NCBI RefSeq assembly: GCF_036588685.1
Contig: NC_086376.1
Location: 79,525,630-79,589,629 of the forward strand
Direction: 5' to 3'
DNA length: 64,000 nt
DNA from: Mytilus trossulus
Lineage: Eukaryota
Part shown: positions 1 to 12,890 of the stretch, piece after piece
Layout: each line of letters begins with the position of its first letter
Position numbering within the stretch: position 1 is the stretch's first letter
Notes under the pieces: generated by a model
Told to the model about the DNA's origin: nothing
Database searches by the model: none
Seen by the model: the letters and a program-made list of their open reading frames with translations, nothing else
Translations under genes and position numbers: made by a program

Positions 1-323
1 TGGCATACCTCATCCCCCAAAACTTTACAAACACAAAATATACACACAAAAAAACAGTGGCTGGGGGTATCTGACCATGAGAAAAAAATATTATTATTTA
101 TGTCATTTCTTGGATTTTTAAATCAAAACTTTTGATAAAATCAGGAATAATCATATCAAAATGACAAACTTACTATTTATATTTGATATGCAGGCATGAT
201 AGATGCAAATTTTACAAAATGCAAAAAAGCAATGGTAGCATAATAACAACAAGTACAAAATTAGCCTCTTATTAAACCACTGAATCTTATTTACTATCGA
301 CTTTATCATATATATATATATAC

Positions 324-415
324 AGATATAAGAAGATGTGGTATGACTGTCAATGGACAAGTCACAATTTGTAAAAGTAAACCATTATAGGTCAAAGTAC
401 AGATTTCAACACGGA
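324..415 (-). mobile_element. 3'-end fragment of twister-bearing repeat family B
   Basis: GATATAAGAAGATGTGG...AAAAGTAAACCATTATAGGTCAAAGTAC...TTCAACACGGA is the reverse complement of the 3' end of the long copy at 21775-22608. Confidence 0.7.
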
Positions 416-691
416 TATATATACTCTGCTTAAAATTAAAGTCCTTGGTATTATATACATGTGTATCAAGTCAACAAATATCTGTTTAAGTCCTTCTCTA
501 CTTAAAAATGTCTCTAATTTTTCACATACAATTGTATATTATCTTTCCAGACAGATCTTTCTAGTAATTTTTAGCGAGTTCATAAAGTACATGTATTTGC
601 ATTAATTATGAATATATCACATCAGTCATGATCACTAAGTGTCTACAAAAAGTAGTTCAACTTTACAAAAACAATCATGTTATAGGCTGTT

Positions 692-840
692 AGAATAACA
701 TTAATGGTACCAATCTTATTGTACCAGATGCCCATATCAACAATAAATGTCACTTCAGTGAAGCTGGAGGCTGGAGGCCAATATATTTTGAAAATCCAAG
801 ACTTAATACAAACATTGAAGAGCCGATAAAACCATAGGGA
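692..840 (-). mobile_element. Decayed hammerhead-ribozyme-bearing repeat (retrozyme-like relic)
   Basis: Minus strand 765-721 reads GCTTCA CTGAAGT GACA TTTAT TGTT GATA TGGGC ATC TGGTAC: type I hammerhead layout with mutated core (CUGAAGA->CUGAAGU, GAAA->GAUA). Confidence 0.5.
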
Positions 841-954
841 CTAGTAGAATTGCTGGTACCGGGCCGGGCGGCGGCAGTTCACAGGATTAGAGATAATGCA
901 TGAAGGAAGTACATTCCTTAATTCTAAGTCAATTGATTGGTTTTCTGTGTTTTA

Positions 955-1150
955 ACTTCACTTTTATGCACCACTTTGGGGCTATTCAATGTGGCAGCCA
1001 GTTTTTTGTATTTGTGGAGTAAGCTGTGCCAGGAGAAAACCACCAACCATCCATAGGAAAACTTGCATGAGCAGGGTTGGAACTCAGAGTTTTGAATAGA
1101 ACTCAGCCATCTAAATGTTGGACAATTTTATACAATGCTCAGACCACTGT
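955..1150 (-). mobile_element. Degenerate SINE fragment, probably tRNA-derived
   Basis: GTGGCAGCCAGTTTTT...GGAGAAAACCACC motif resembles common mollusc SINE bodies as I recall them; heavily decayed. Confidence 0.4.
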
Positions 1151-1967
1151 TGTAAACGTATTTTAAATCACAAAAGGGGGGAGGGGGTACAATATTAGAG
1201 CTTCATTTGTGATTACACCTGATCTCAGGTTGTGTAACATAATACATGATATATACAAAAGAATGAAAATAATAGTGAGCTTTAACACATTCTCCTTCTA
1301 TACCCGATTGTAAGTAACACATATTTCTCAACTAATATACTCCAATCCTGTTGAAAATCTAAAAATTAACCAAGAATTTATAGCTAAAAATATAATTTTA
1401 ATGCAAAAATATTTTAACCTTCTTCACACTCAAAACAGAAGTAGAATTGGTTATTTATAATTACTTATATATGAAATATTTTAGGCAACAGATACTTGAG
1501 TATACCGCTGTTCAAATATCATAAAGTCGATAAAGTAAAATAAATTGCGGTCACAAACAACCAAAACTGATGGAATCACACCAACTATTAGAGGAAAACA
1601 CATTACAGAACAACAAAAACATTGACCAGAGTGCAACAAAAACAAACACAAAACAATGAACATATATAAAAACAAACTATTTGATAACAACTGCCAATTA
1701 TTCCTGACTTTTTACATGTGTTCTTTGACTCAGAAAATTATATCTGCACAACTCTGCTGCTTAGCTGATAATGAAATTTCCAAAAAAATCAATTGTTCTT
1801 TAGGTATTTTGAAATTCAAAATATTATTAATACAATTCTATTTAACTTCCTTATTTTGTCTGATTTAATTAAGACATTGTCAGTAGATTTTCTTGTATTG
1901 AATTTTTATTTTGAACATATAAGAAATACTTTTGATACATGTATGTTCAATACTGGATCAACTGAAG

Positions 1968-2104
1968 GTGACGCCTCAGGGTGTAGGATTTTTTTTGTTG
2001 AGTTGAAGACCCATTGGTGGCCTTCAGCTGGTTTTTTTTTCTTAGGTCTGGACCGGGGTTGTCGTCTTTTTGACACTTCCCAATTTCCATTCTCAATTTT
2101 ATTT
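1968..2104 (+). mobile_element. 3'-end fragment of twister-bearing repeat family A
   Basis: GACGCCTC...TTGAAGACCCATTGGTGGCCTTC...GTTGTCG...TTTCCATTCTCAATTTTAT matches the reverse complement of 12891-13020. Confidence 0.75.
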
Positions 2105-2229
2105 AATATAAGGTTATTCGGAATTTGTGAAGAAATTGTTATATTTTAAGTGTTTAGTACCATCAGCACTGTGATGTAACTTCATAAATTACTTAAGCTG
2201 CAATTATTTTTACATTATTATTGTTGTGG

Positions 2230-3324
2230 TTAATTTATTTACAAACTAAATTAGTCATTGTCATAAAAATAATTTATTAATTGCTATTTATAAATTACTA
2301 TAAAGGAAATCATTCTATTTATACAAATTACTTTTGCATGCAGTTTTAAGCATGTAAATGTTTTAGCAAACCAAGATAACATTCACTTATTAATTCTAAT
2401 TACTATGATCTTGACACAGAGAAAAATCAAATTAAAACTTATGGCCATAAAAAGCAGAACTAATTGGAATATTTCTGATTCTGTGCAACCTTCTGAAACA
2501 AATATCTATTTAGATGGAATCTAGATAAACCAACCTATTTACATACATAATATGTACAATAACACCCATAATGTAGAACCTACATCTAAGTGCAGTCGTG
2601 TCATTGACTTTCAAAGCAGAACAATTTCTGCAGAATTCCATTAGACACTATTGCACACATTATACTTCCTAGATCAGAAAGATTGGACTAAAACTAACCA
2701 CATTTGGCAGATTTAATGTAAAATGACATTTGGGACAATTACAGATTATATAATTTAATCTAGAAATCAGACATGGCTTTTCTAAAATTTCAATATTCCT
2801 CAGTGTAGCCTACAGTTTGGTTTATCACATAAATAGTTATACTATTTTAATGCAGCTAAATTTTTTACAGTTTTCTTATCCACTCCCCAGTGCATTATAA
2901 CTGCCATTAATCTAAATCATCTTGTTCTAAATTTTATTTAAAAACTTAGTGTAATAAATGACGATGTTCAAGGTCCAAAATTTTCCCCATTTCCATTCTC
3001 TATTTTATTTTCCATCAAAATTTCTTAAGACATTTCCTGGAAATTTGTACTTTTCATAACTTGGTACTCCTGACCGCTATCTCTTTGTTTCTACACAACA
3101 ATACGGAAACAACGTGGTCACCATTAATCTTTCTATACCTAACTACTTCATGACTCTGGTGTTATAATAGAAATAGTAAAACGTGTGAAGCAGAAGGTGG
3201 GTGGGTCCATTCATAATGTGAAGGAAACAATCATTAATAGGAGTGTACATGATCGTACAGGTGCAGGTATGAAAAAAGTTAAGGTGTGAACTTTTACGCT
3301 GTTGATACAGAAATAAAATTATAA
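2230..3324 (-). other. Possible terminal (3'UTR) exon of the minus-strand gene
   Basis: Pyrimidine-rich acceptors TTTACATTTCCGTCTCAACAG| (exon start 3324) and TATTTCTGTATCAACAG| (3298); several AATAAA on the minus strand between about 2230 and 3010; 3' end uncertain. Confidence 0.3.
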
Positions 3325-4987
3325 CTGTTGAGACGGAAATGTAAAATCGAGACCAAGAAAACAAAGAGTGTTTTAAAATTACATGGTATTTCTTTTTCCC
3401 CTATTTCTATTTTAAAAGCACCACATTTTTTAATTCTACATCTGCATGAAGCAAAATTTGACAGAGCATTGTATCTATGAATTGAAAAGCTGGAGACTTT
3501 TTGGAATATATACATCAACCTGTACATGTGTTAAATTACTTAAATACACATGACTTTAATTTGCACTTTATAAGTACATATCACTATCAGTTGAAATTGC
3601 ATTAAAAAAATTGGTCGAAAACAGTCCAAAATCTAGGACAGTGTGATTTAAGTTATCTTCTCTTCACTGTTATCTGTTCAAATTATTATGTAATTTGTTT
3701 AAATTCGAAATTTCAACAAGGCAGATTATTTAGTAATTTTGTTTATGCTAATTAAATTCAGAAGCATTGATAATTTTCATCTTGAATTTTTAGTTAATTT
3801 GTAAATGACCATCCTCATACAGCTTAAAACATAGAATAGCCATAGTCATTGTCTTGAAATATAAAATTTAGTAACAGGTAAATTGTTACGCTTCCCCAGG
3901 TGTTTCTATTCTGCTACAGCAGAGTTCAAATAAAACTTATATTTGAATATGAATATAACATTTACAATAAGATAAATATTGTATTATGTGATACCATGAC
4001 CCTTCCCCCCCCCCCCCAAAAAAAAAAAAGAATTAGGTCAAACTTAACTTCTAGCACTCGAAAAGAAACTATAGTTTATATATAATCTTATAAAAACCTA
4101 TGTAATGTTAGATGATATTTAGCAACAACAGAAGCAACACTATATCCTTATTGATCCAGAACAACTAGGTCAAAAACCTAATTAACCCACACACAAAAAA
4201 AGACAGAGCACATTGACTCCCATAGAAAACCCATTTATATTTTATGGCGAAAAATATCAAGGGAATCATAATTCCCTCATTAATATGAATAGAAAAATTG
4301 TATATATAACTCCATGATGTTATGTCTTTCTGAAACTAAATGTTTCATTTAGATGTCTCACTGTGTGATACTCTCAGCCTTTTCATTTATCATAATATGC
4401 TTAATAAATTTGTTGTACTCGTGGTTCTTCATTATTCCAAAAAAAGAGTTCTTCAATGGCAGTTTGAAAGCATAATTTTGATTTAAATTGGCCCAGAGCA
4501 ATGTTATAAATGTTGTTAAAAGTTCTAATTGACCCTGATCTGTCGGGATACTGAATGTTGTTTTAGGTTCAAATTTGTCTACAGTGGTTTCAGAGGGAAA
4601 CATATTGGTTGTTTTGCACACTTGGCCCTGTGACAGTGGTTTCAGAGGACAAGATAGTTGTTGTTTGGTTCCAATTGGTTTTAAGTGGTTTCAGAGGAAA
4701 ACATATTATTGTTGTCTGATTTTAATTGGCCCAATGATTTCATGTTTTAAGGAAGAAATAGTTATCTTGGATTGCAAGATTTTTGTAGTTTAAGAAGTTC
4801 TACATAGTCTAAGGGTACAAATAATCTAGCAACAATTAAATTGTATCAAGAAATCCAGAAATCTATCCTCCTTTTAGTGAAATCCAAAATATTAGTGGGA
4901 TAAAATCTTCTTCATGGTATTTAAAGAAAAGCAGAAAAAACTAAAATAAATGAACAGTGGACCCAAATGATGCCCCCACTTGCATGC

Positions 4988-5620
4988 AATGTTATAAAGA
5001 GACATTACTCAATGTTATAAAGAGACATTACTCAATGTTATAAAGAGACATAACTCAATGTTACAAAGAGACATAACTCAATGATATGAAGAGACACAAC
5101 CCAATGTTACAAAGGGACATAACTCAATGTTACAAAGAGACATAACTCAATGATATGAAGAGACATAACCCAATGTTACAAAGGGACATAACTCAATGTT
5201 ACAAAGAGACATAACTCAATGATATGAAGAGACATAACCCAATGTTACAAAGGGACATAACTCAATGTTACAAAGAGACATAACTCAATGATATGAAGAG
5301 ACATAACTCAATGTTACAAAGGGACATAACTCAATGTTACAAAGAGACATAACTCAATGATATGAAGAGACATAACCCAATGTTACAAAGGGACATAACT
5401 CAATGTTATAAAGAGACATAACCCATTAATGTTACAAAGGGACATAACTCAATGTTATAAAGAGACATAACTCATTAATGTTACAAAGGGACATAACTCA
5501 ATGTTATAGAGGGACATAACTCAATGTTATAAAGAGACATAACCCAATGTTACAAAGAGACATAACTCAAATGTTATAAAGGAACCAGAACTCAATGTTA
5601 TAAAGGGACATAACTCAATG
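4988..5620 (+). repeat. 23-bp minisatellite (AATGTTACAAAGAGACATAACTC)n
   Basis: About 27 tandem units with a recurring three-unit variant pattern. Confidence 0.95.
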
Positions 5621-5865
5621 GACTCAGATTTACATGTAACAACAGATATGATAAAAAAAACATATGATGAGTGTGAACATGTCCAAAAGATAACACTCAC
5701 TGAATAGAATATACCTGGTTTTCTAACTTTAACGATTTAATGAAACAATTATTCTACAAAATGTCAACACAACTTATCTATTAGCAAGTTTGTGTTTTTT
5801 AAAGATTTTTTAATATACTGTTAAATTTTAACAAGGCATGAAAAATGTCCACATGTTTTTCATAC

Positions 5866-5940
5866 CTAAATCAGCTGCAAACAGTTTTTCAGTAAGAAGT
5901 CTGACACTGCCAGGAATTTCTTGTAAACATGATAATAAAA
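5866..5940 (-). CDS. Putative coding exon FYYHVYKKFLAVSDFLLKNCLQLI* (phase 0), shared C-terminus of small proteins of unknown function
   Basis: Acceptor CTTATTTACCAG|, donor TTAG|GTATGA, 75 nt; in frame with both upstream phase-0 donors (8261 and 34038). Confidence 0.5.
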   Translation of the reverse strand, partial: FYYHVYKKFLAVSDFLLKNCLQLI

Positions 5941-8260
5941 CTGGTAAATAAGTCTTATACAAAATGTATAAACAGGTACATTTTGTACATGTGTACCCAG
6001 TATATGGTACTTTAAACTGGTTGACAAGAATACCCATACCTTTAAGTTTAAGTTTGTCCTAATGTTTACCGAGGTTAGTACATGTACATGTATTATGAAG
6101 TGAATTGTCTGGACATGTATGTACAAGTACATTATATAGCAGATAATGTTTAAAAAATCAAAAATAAATGATAACGGATTTTTTCATCACCATATACCAA
6201 GCCTGCAATAGTAATTTACCAGGCGGCAAATACATGTACAAATGTATGAATAAAAAGATTTAGGAATACTATAATTTTTAGTTAGACCCCCAGGTCAGTA
6301 CATCTAATAAAAGCAAGGAAAGATACCAAAGGGATATTCAAGTCATGTGGAGTCTTCTACAATACTGACAATTATTATTAACACTATGTTAAATTACCTC
6401 CAAGTTGACTTAAAATAGTCGAAGTGTCAAGTGCCTTCAATTCACAATTCTCCAAATAGAAATAAATACAAATTGATTTCAGATTTATAATAGTTGTACC
6501 ATGATCATTATGACCAAATTTAAATTATACTTGTAAGTTGAGTAAATCATAAGGTTCTATCATGATTTTAGTGACAATCTTTCATCAAAACATAATATAG
6601 CCTGTTTTCTATAATCACCCCAAACCAAAACAATACAGAAATACCAATGCCTAAATTCCTACATTAATTAGTTATTCAATCTTCACAGTTTAATGGCCAT
6701 ATACTATGTCGGGTGTGGCATTGCAATAACATTATTAAATTACATGTATAAGACAATACTTTATTTATGTACATTCAGGTAAGCAGTCAATGGGCGGGGT
6801 TTAATATTTTCTTACCAAATATGAATTGACTTGTTGTTTTCAATTGACCTACTTCCTGAAATTAATATCTGCATAAATTTTACTTATATGAAACTTATGC
6901 ATTGTTTAAGTATTGTTGAAGTACATTTATTTTTAGTATTTACCTAAAACGACTTGTAATAATGGAAAGGCAATTAAAGTGTGATCCATTGGTACGAAAA
7001 TATTTTTTTTTAAATTTAGTGTTTGATTCCAAAATAAAAGATAAATTGCAGCAATAAATTAAAACATATTAAAAAGATTTATTAGGTTGATTTTTATTCA
7101 GCAAACATTTGGAAAGAAATAAAAATCATCCCATGTGTGTACAGAAAAACATTTATTTTACATTATATATGCACTGGAGAGCCCTTCACTGGAGCAGAAT
7201 TCTGTTTCACATGATAAAGGTTTTGTTAGGTGTGTTTTCTCTAACTTTAACAGCCAGTCATAAAGAACTCAGATGACATTGAAAGCGACTTATCCAAGTT
7301 AGCTTAACCACACAATTATTTGAAATTAATCTATAGAAAGTCCCCATTCAGATCAGCATTGATTTTTTCATACTATTTCAATTAGTTTATTTTCTATACA
7401 GAAGTTGTTTGAATGGTTGCATAAAAAATATATATGGAAGAAAATAACACTTATAAAGCAAGAAAGAGTCAGAAAATAAAAAAAAATAGTATTTGTTGTT
7501 AAAGCCTGTTTTAAGTGTTTAAATATTAAAAGCCTTTTAAAAAATAATTTTGAACAGATTATTTTTAAATGTATTTAAATCTTAATTGAAATATGTCTGA
7601 ACTCATATCTTTTTGAAAATATTGAAAATAGTAATGGTGTTTATTTTAAAAATATATTTTTGTGTAATATGTTACAAAATTCAATTAATGGGAAATATAA
7701 AAAGTTTGTTTATACCAATTAAGCTCAAGTGCAGGTTGTATTTAACTTGATATTATTTAGGAAACAAAAGAAAATTAATAATAATAATTTCTGGAATGCA
7801 TCAAGCTATATTTCATGTCACAGTATAACAAATAATGTTCTTCCTACATAAAAATAATTGATTTCATAGTTTTTTTAAAACTTTTAAATGTTAAGAATTT
7901 AAATGGGAATATCAGTAGGTTGATTGCATTCTTTTCAAGCGTGAATGTGTTTTCAAATGTCTAGAAAGAAGGAGTTCAATTTAGATTTATTATATGAAAA
8001 TCATTATAATTTAATAATAAAAAAAATACTACAGCAAACATTCCAAGAAAGGTTTTAAATTGTTTGATAGATGTTGCAAAAAGTAATATTTTCATCAGGT
8101 TCAATACAAAAATCAATAGATATTCTATTTCCTAGACATTGACCGTGACACAGATTCTCCTGAAATATACAAATGTGTATACATACAAGAAAGACCAGAG
8201 AAAAATGAAGGCAGTGAATTGTAAACTCGTTAGAAATGAGAAATTATTTGTTTTTTTTAC

Positions 8261-8398
8261 CTGATCACTGAAGCCATCATGATCATGATGATGAAAGTCT
8301 TCCTCTATTCCATTGTGTCCAGCATTAGACGTTGTTGACACATTGTTTATATCGTTAGTCGACATATTATGAAACCAATCCGTAATACTCTCACACAT
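8261..8398 (-). CDS. Alternative first coding exon MCESITDWFHNMSTNDINNVSTTSNAGHNGIEEDFHHHDHDGFSDQ
   Basis: Strong invertebrate start context GTCAAAATG, 46 open codons, phase-0 donor CAG|GTAAAA, next to a CpG-richer region. Confidence 0.6.
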
Positions 8399-9984
8399 TT
8401 TGACTGTTGTGCACAACACTTTTACGTACGTTAAAAGATGTGCATCCAATTAAAAGAATTCTGATCGAATTAAATACACAACAACTTATAAAATAACGTA
8501 TTTTCCTCTCTTTCCTTTCCCACTGCAGTAAGATAGTAGTGTGTTTATTGCACCTTGCTTGCTAACAAACAGGTAAACTTAATTGATCATGTAGATTTCT
8601 CAACGAATCGTTGATTGCATGTGTATTGAAAAATAAACACCTTTAACCTTGTTGTCCCCGTTCAAAAGTCAATACTTGTTAGTTAATCAGTTGTAACATA
8701 AAATACATCACTATTCACGAGTAAATATTACTAAAGGATGCAACACATTGTAATCCTTTCAAGATACACACAGAACTTTAAATAAACTGTTGTTTTCTAA
8801 TCATAATAATCACCACTGAACTGATCTGTTTTTTTCACATACAAGTCTCGCGTTATTTATGTGGGTGAGAAGTGTCAATGGCACATATACCTTGATTTCC
8901 CGTCGAATATCTTTGTGAATTTAATAACCTCTAATCCTACGTAACGCGACAAACAAATTCTGCCTGTCCGTCAAGGTAATAACACTCAGGTGCGATCAAG
9001 AAAAGCAGTACTTTTTTACATGTGTATCTACGCGATCTTTCCACTCCAAATAACACGGTTAAAATCCAATCATACAGTATTTTGGTTAAGTTATGAGGTA
9101 ATTTGCCTTACGGTTTTACAACTTCATGATCTTAATCATAATTTGTTTGTAGTGAAATATAGCCTTCCTACTTATTATTTTTTCACAATGTTCTGTCTGC
9201 CCTCGTCTATTCTCTGTAAACGTTGTAATTTGATGCAACCCTCTATCAGAACTATGCCGTTAACCTACTTCAAACTATAAGTAGCAGTAAACCGCCTTGA
9301 TAAGAAAATTCAACTTTTTTTTTAGATAACCGTACTCCACGACACCGAAGTTATGCTACGCCAAGGCCATGGTAAATTAATTTTGAACTAAGATTCTGTT
9401 CACAAATTTTCTGTTGTAATCAAAGCAAATAAATACCTTAGAACTCAAACAAAAGGTCATATAAGTCCTGTTAAATGTACGTAAATATTGGCTTCATATT
9501 GACAATGGCTAGTTGTATTTTACTTTGTAAACAAGCTATTGAATGTGCTCGAATTAGAAAACTCGACAGAATTCTTTTAAAATTTCTAAAATAAATTAGA
9601 CATCCCTTGAGCTACGCTAGACTTCAATTGGCCAAAAGTCTTTGAGCATTTCTATCAACAAACTATAGCCTTGTATTTGAACGATAGCTATATACTGGTG
9701 GGATTAACCATAATTAAACATTAATTAAGTGTTCATAATAGGTTTTCAAAATTGAAAAAGAAACTCCCATTCTATCTACCGCCGACTTGCAACGTCAAAA
9801 AGAAGAAAATTCGATAAACTGACATTTACTCTCCAAAGTGTTCATGCAAAAATATTATATTCAAAGTGTGCTAATAACACTGGCCTTGGAACAAAATCAT
9901 CTCGACGCAAATTATTTACAATAGACAAATCCATGTTATGGGTAACAGTTATGGTTTTCATTTGAGTATTAAATAAGTTGACTC

Positions 9985-10075
9985 AGAGGCGGATTTTGGG
10001 AGCTTCACCTGCCCTTTTATAGGCAGAGCCCTCTTAAGCTGTCAGTGCCTCCATATGTACATTTCTGGATCCGCC
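9985..10075. mobile_element. Small MITE relic (CAGAGGCGGAT...GGATCCGCC termini)
   Basis: Imperfect terminal inverted repeats; related relics at about 27482-27582 and 57345-57440. Confidence 0.45.
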
Positions 10076-10463
10076 GAGAAAGCATTTACAGTCCTCTACA
10101 TTCGACAGGTGTCCATACAACCGTTAAATATACCCACAAATTCTATGCCGTATGATGGGCATGTTTGCATACATGCATAACTTTTCATTAATTCTGTTTG
10201 TTAAACATCGATGATTCAGGATCCTCGATTTAAGCTTGACATAATACAGATATGTGTCAACTGCTTATGAACATATGACTTTCGATAAGGACTTGTGTCC
10301 TCTGCTGAACAAATGACGGCATACGATAAAGACATGTGTCAACTTCTGAAGAAGATATGACGACATCGTTGTATAATTGGGCTGCTATATTATTTGATTC
10401 TTCACTATTCATACTGATACAAGCGAAAACATTGGGAGCCATGAGAATGCATGAACTTGTCTA

Positions 10464-10653
10464 AGGTCACACAATTGTATGATCAACGCCACATGCATCA
10501 ACATATATAATTGGCAACCGACCAAGCATGTCAAGGTCATTTACATCACGATATCTACTGTCCCTAACTGACCTCTACTTATCAGGTCACCTGTGTGTTC
10601 ATTGATGTAATGGTCAGTTGACCTTATCAGTTTACTATCAATAATCTAGGTCA
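10464..10653. promoter_or_regulatory. Cluster of nuclear-receptor half-sites
   Basis: Six perfect AGGTCA/TGACCT at 10464, 10534, 10569, 10584, 10619 and 10648, including TCAAGGTCA and TAATCTAGGTCA. Confidence 0.5.
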
Positions 10654-11204
10654 AATCCAGGCCGAAATATTAGGAAAGTTAAATACCACATTATAATTTA
10701 TACTGACAACCGAGAGCACAGGTAATAGCTGCAACCACATACAATGCTGGAATAATATGCACAAAGATTCAAAATTAACTACTATTAATGTAAATATGCC
10801 AACCCAAACTTTCCATTGTATGGGTAATTTTTATTTGGGTAAAATAAATACAACATGATCATCAGGGGAAAAGCCCGCATAATTTCCCTAGTTTTGCAGC
10901 TGAACAATGAAAGGGTGTATTGACGTTGACATCAGTTTACCACGCGGGCACTTGTTTTTGATCCGTGGCAAGATCTACTATCCCAATCTTTCCAAGGATA
11001 GAAAACAAGTGCTTGTGCAGTGTTCGATAGAGGATGTGATTGCATCCTTTCTCATTCAGTGTGTATTGGAGTTAACCAGTTGTGTACATAAAGTATGGGA
11101 TAGTGTTCAATCAGTTGTAAATTAATATGATTATTGGCGTTGGAAAGCACTATACACAGAGGAATGAAAAGTCCATACAGCTGAGAATAAAAAGGGTAAA
11201 TTGT

Positions 11205-12740
11205 AATTCGATAGTAGTGTACATAAGAGGGGTACAGACCAATCAGCTGCGAAGGAATAGGATGTAAACTCCACTGACCAGTAGTTTACATAAGAGGGAT
11301 ACAGACCAATCAGCTGTGAATGAATAGGATGTAAACTCCACTGACCAGTAGTGTACATAAGAGGGATACAGACCAATCAGCTGTGAATGCATAGGATGTA
11401 AACTCCACTGACCAGTAGTGTACATAAGAGGGATACAGACCAATCAGCTATGAATGCATATGATGTAAACTCCACTGACCAGTAGTGTACATAAGAGGGA
11501 TACAGACCAATCAGCTGTGAAGGAATAGGATGTAAACTCCACTGACCGGTAGTGTACATAAGAGGGATACAGACCAATCAGATGTGAATGAATAGGATGT
11601 AAACTCCACTGACCGGTAGTGTACATAAGAGGGGTACAGACCAATCAGCTGTGAATGCATAGGATGTAAACTCCACTGACCGGTAGTGTACATAAGAGGG
11701 ATACAGACCAATCAGCTGTGAAGGAATACGATGTAAACTCCACTGACCAGTAGTGTACATAAGAGGGATACAGACCAATCAGCTGTGAAGGAATAGGATG
11801 TAAACTCCACTGACCAGTAGTGTACATAAGAGGGATACAGACCAATCAGCTGTGAATGAATAGGATGTAAACTCCACTGACCAGTAGTGTACATAAGAGG
11901 GATACAGACCAATCAGCTGTGAATGCATAGGATGTAAACTCCACTGACCAGTAGTGTACATAAGAGGGATACAGACCAATCAGCTGTGAATGAATAGGAT
12001 GTAAACTCCACTGACCAGTAGTGTACATAAGAGGGATACAGACCAATCAGCTGTGAATGCATAGGATGTAAACTCCACTGACCAGTAGTGTACATAAGAG
12101 GGATACAGACCAATCAGCTGTGAATGCATAGGATGTAAGCCCACTGACCAGTAGTGTACGTAAGAGGGATACAGACCAATCAGCTGTGAAGGAATAGGAT
12201 GTAAACTCCACTGACCAGTAGTGTACATAAGAGGGATACAGACCAATCAGCTGTGAATGCATAGGATGTAAACTCCACTGACCAGTAGTGTACATAAGAG
12301 GGATACAGACCAATCAGCTGTGAATGCATAGGATGTAAACTCCACTGACCAGTAGTGTACATAAGAGGGATACAGACCAATCAGCTGTGAAGGAATAGGA
12401 TGTAAACTCCAGATACAGACCAATCAGCTGTGAATGAATAGGATGTAAACTCCACTGACCAGTAGTGTACATAAGAGGGATACAGACCAATCAGCTGTGA
12501 ATGAATAGGATGTTAACTCCACTGACCGGTAGTGTACATAAGAGGGATACAGACCAATCAGCTGTGAAGGAATAGGATGTAAACTCCACTGACCAGTAGT
12601 GTACATAAGAGGGATACAGACCAATCAGCTGTGAATGCATAGGATGTAAACTCCACTGACCAGTAGTGTACATAAGAGGGATACAGACCAATCAGCTGTG
12701 AAGGAATAGGATGTAAACTCCACTGACCAGTAGTGTACAC
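11205..12740 (+). repeat. 67-bp tandem satellite, about 23 highly similar units
   Basis: Unit AGTAGTGTACATAAGAGGGATACAGACCAATCAGCTGTGAATGCATAGGATGTAAACTCCACTGACC; one unit has an internal deletion near 12410; degenerate units extend to about 11040 and 12890. Confidence 0.97.
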
Positions 12741-12890
12741 AGAGGAGAAGACTGCCTTCATTCAGCTGAAAATGTATAGGATGTACTGGAGTTTGACTGC
12801 AGTGTACATAGAAAAGGAAAGGGAGTCCTTTCAACTATGAATGAATAGGATGTACTGGAGTTTGATAGTAGTGAACATAGAGGAGGGGAT

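Larger units (their letters stand above)
8400..11050 (-). promoter_or_regulatory. CpG-retaining putative internal promoter/enhancer region
   Basis: CpGs visibly more frequent (CGCG, CGTCG, TACGTAACGCG) than in the CpG-poor surrounding intron (by eye, not counted); directly upstream of the 8398 start on the minus strand. Confidence 0.45.

Noticed and set aside
3143-3364. Faint ELOVL-like look of RKSSHLNFFH...HTFYYFYY
   Set aside because: No HXXHH box, no transmembrane spacing, no supporting exons
5866-5940. CLQEIPG resemblance to SMIM14
   Set aside because: The conserved SMIM14 N-terminal Cys motifs and transmembrane segment are absent; a short chance match
10257-10442. 61-aa ATG-initiated ORF in the promoter-like region
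   Set aside because: No convincing donor or homology; the length is expected by chance in GC-richer DNA
11131-12834. Series of 66-88 aa ORFs (MVCIPLMYTTGQW...)
   Set aside because: Translation of the 67-bp satellite in rotating frames, non-ATG starts, no splice signals
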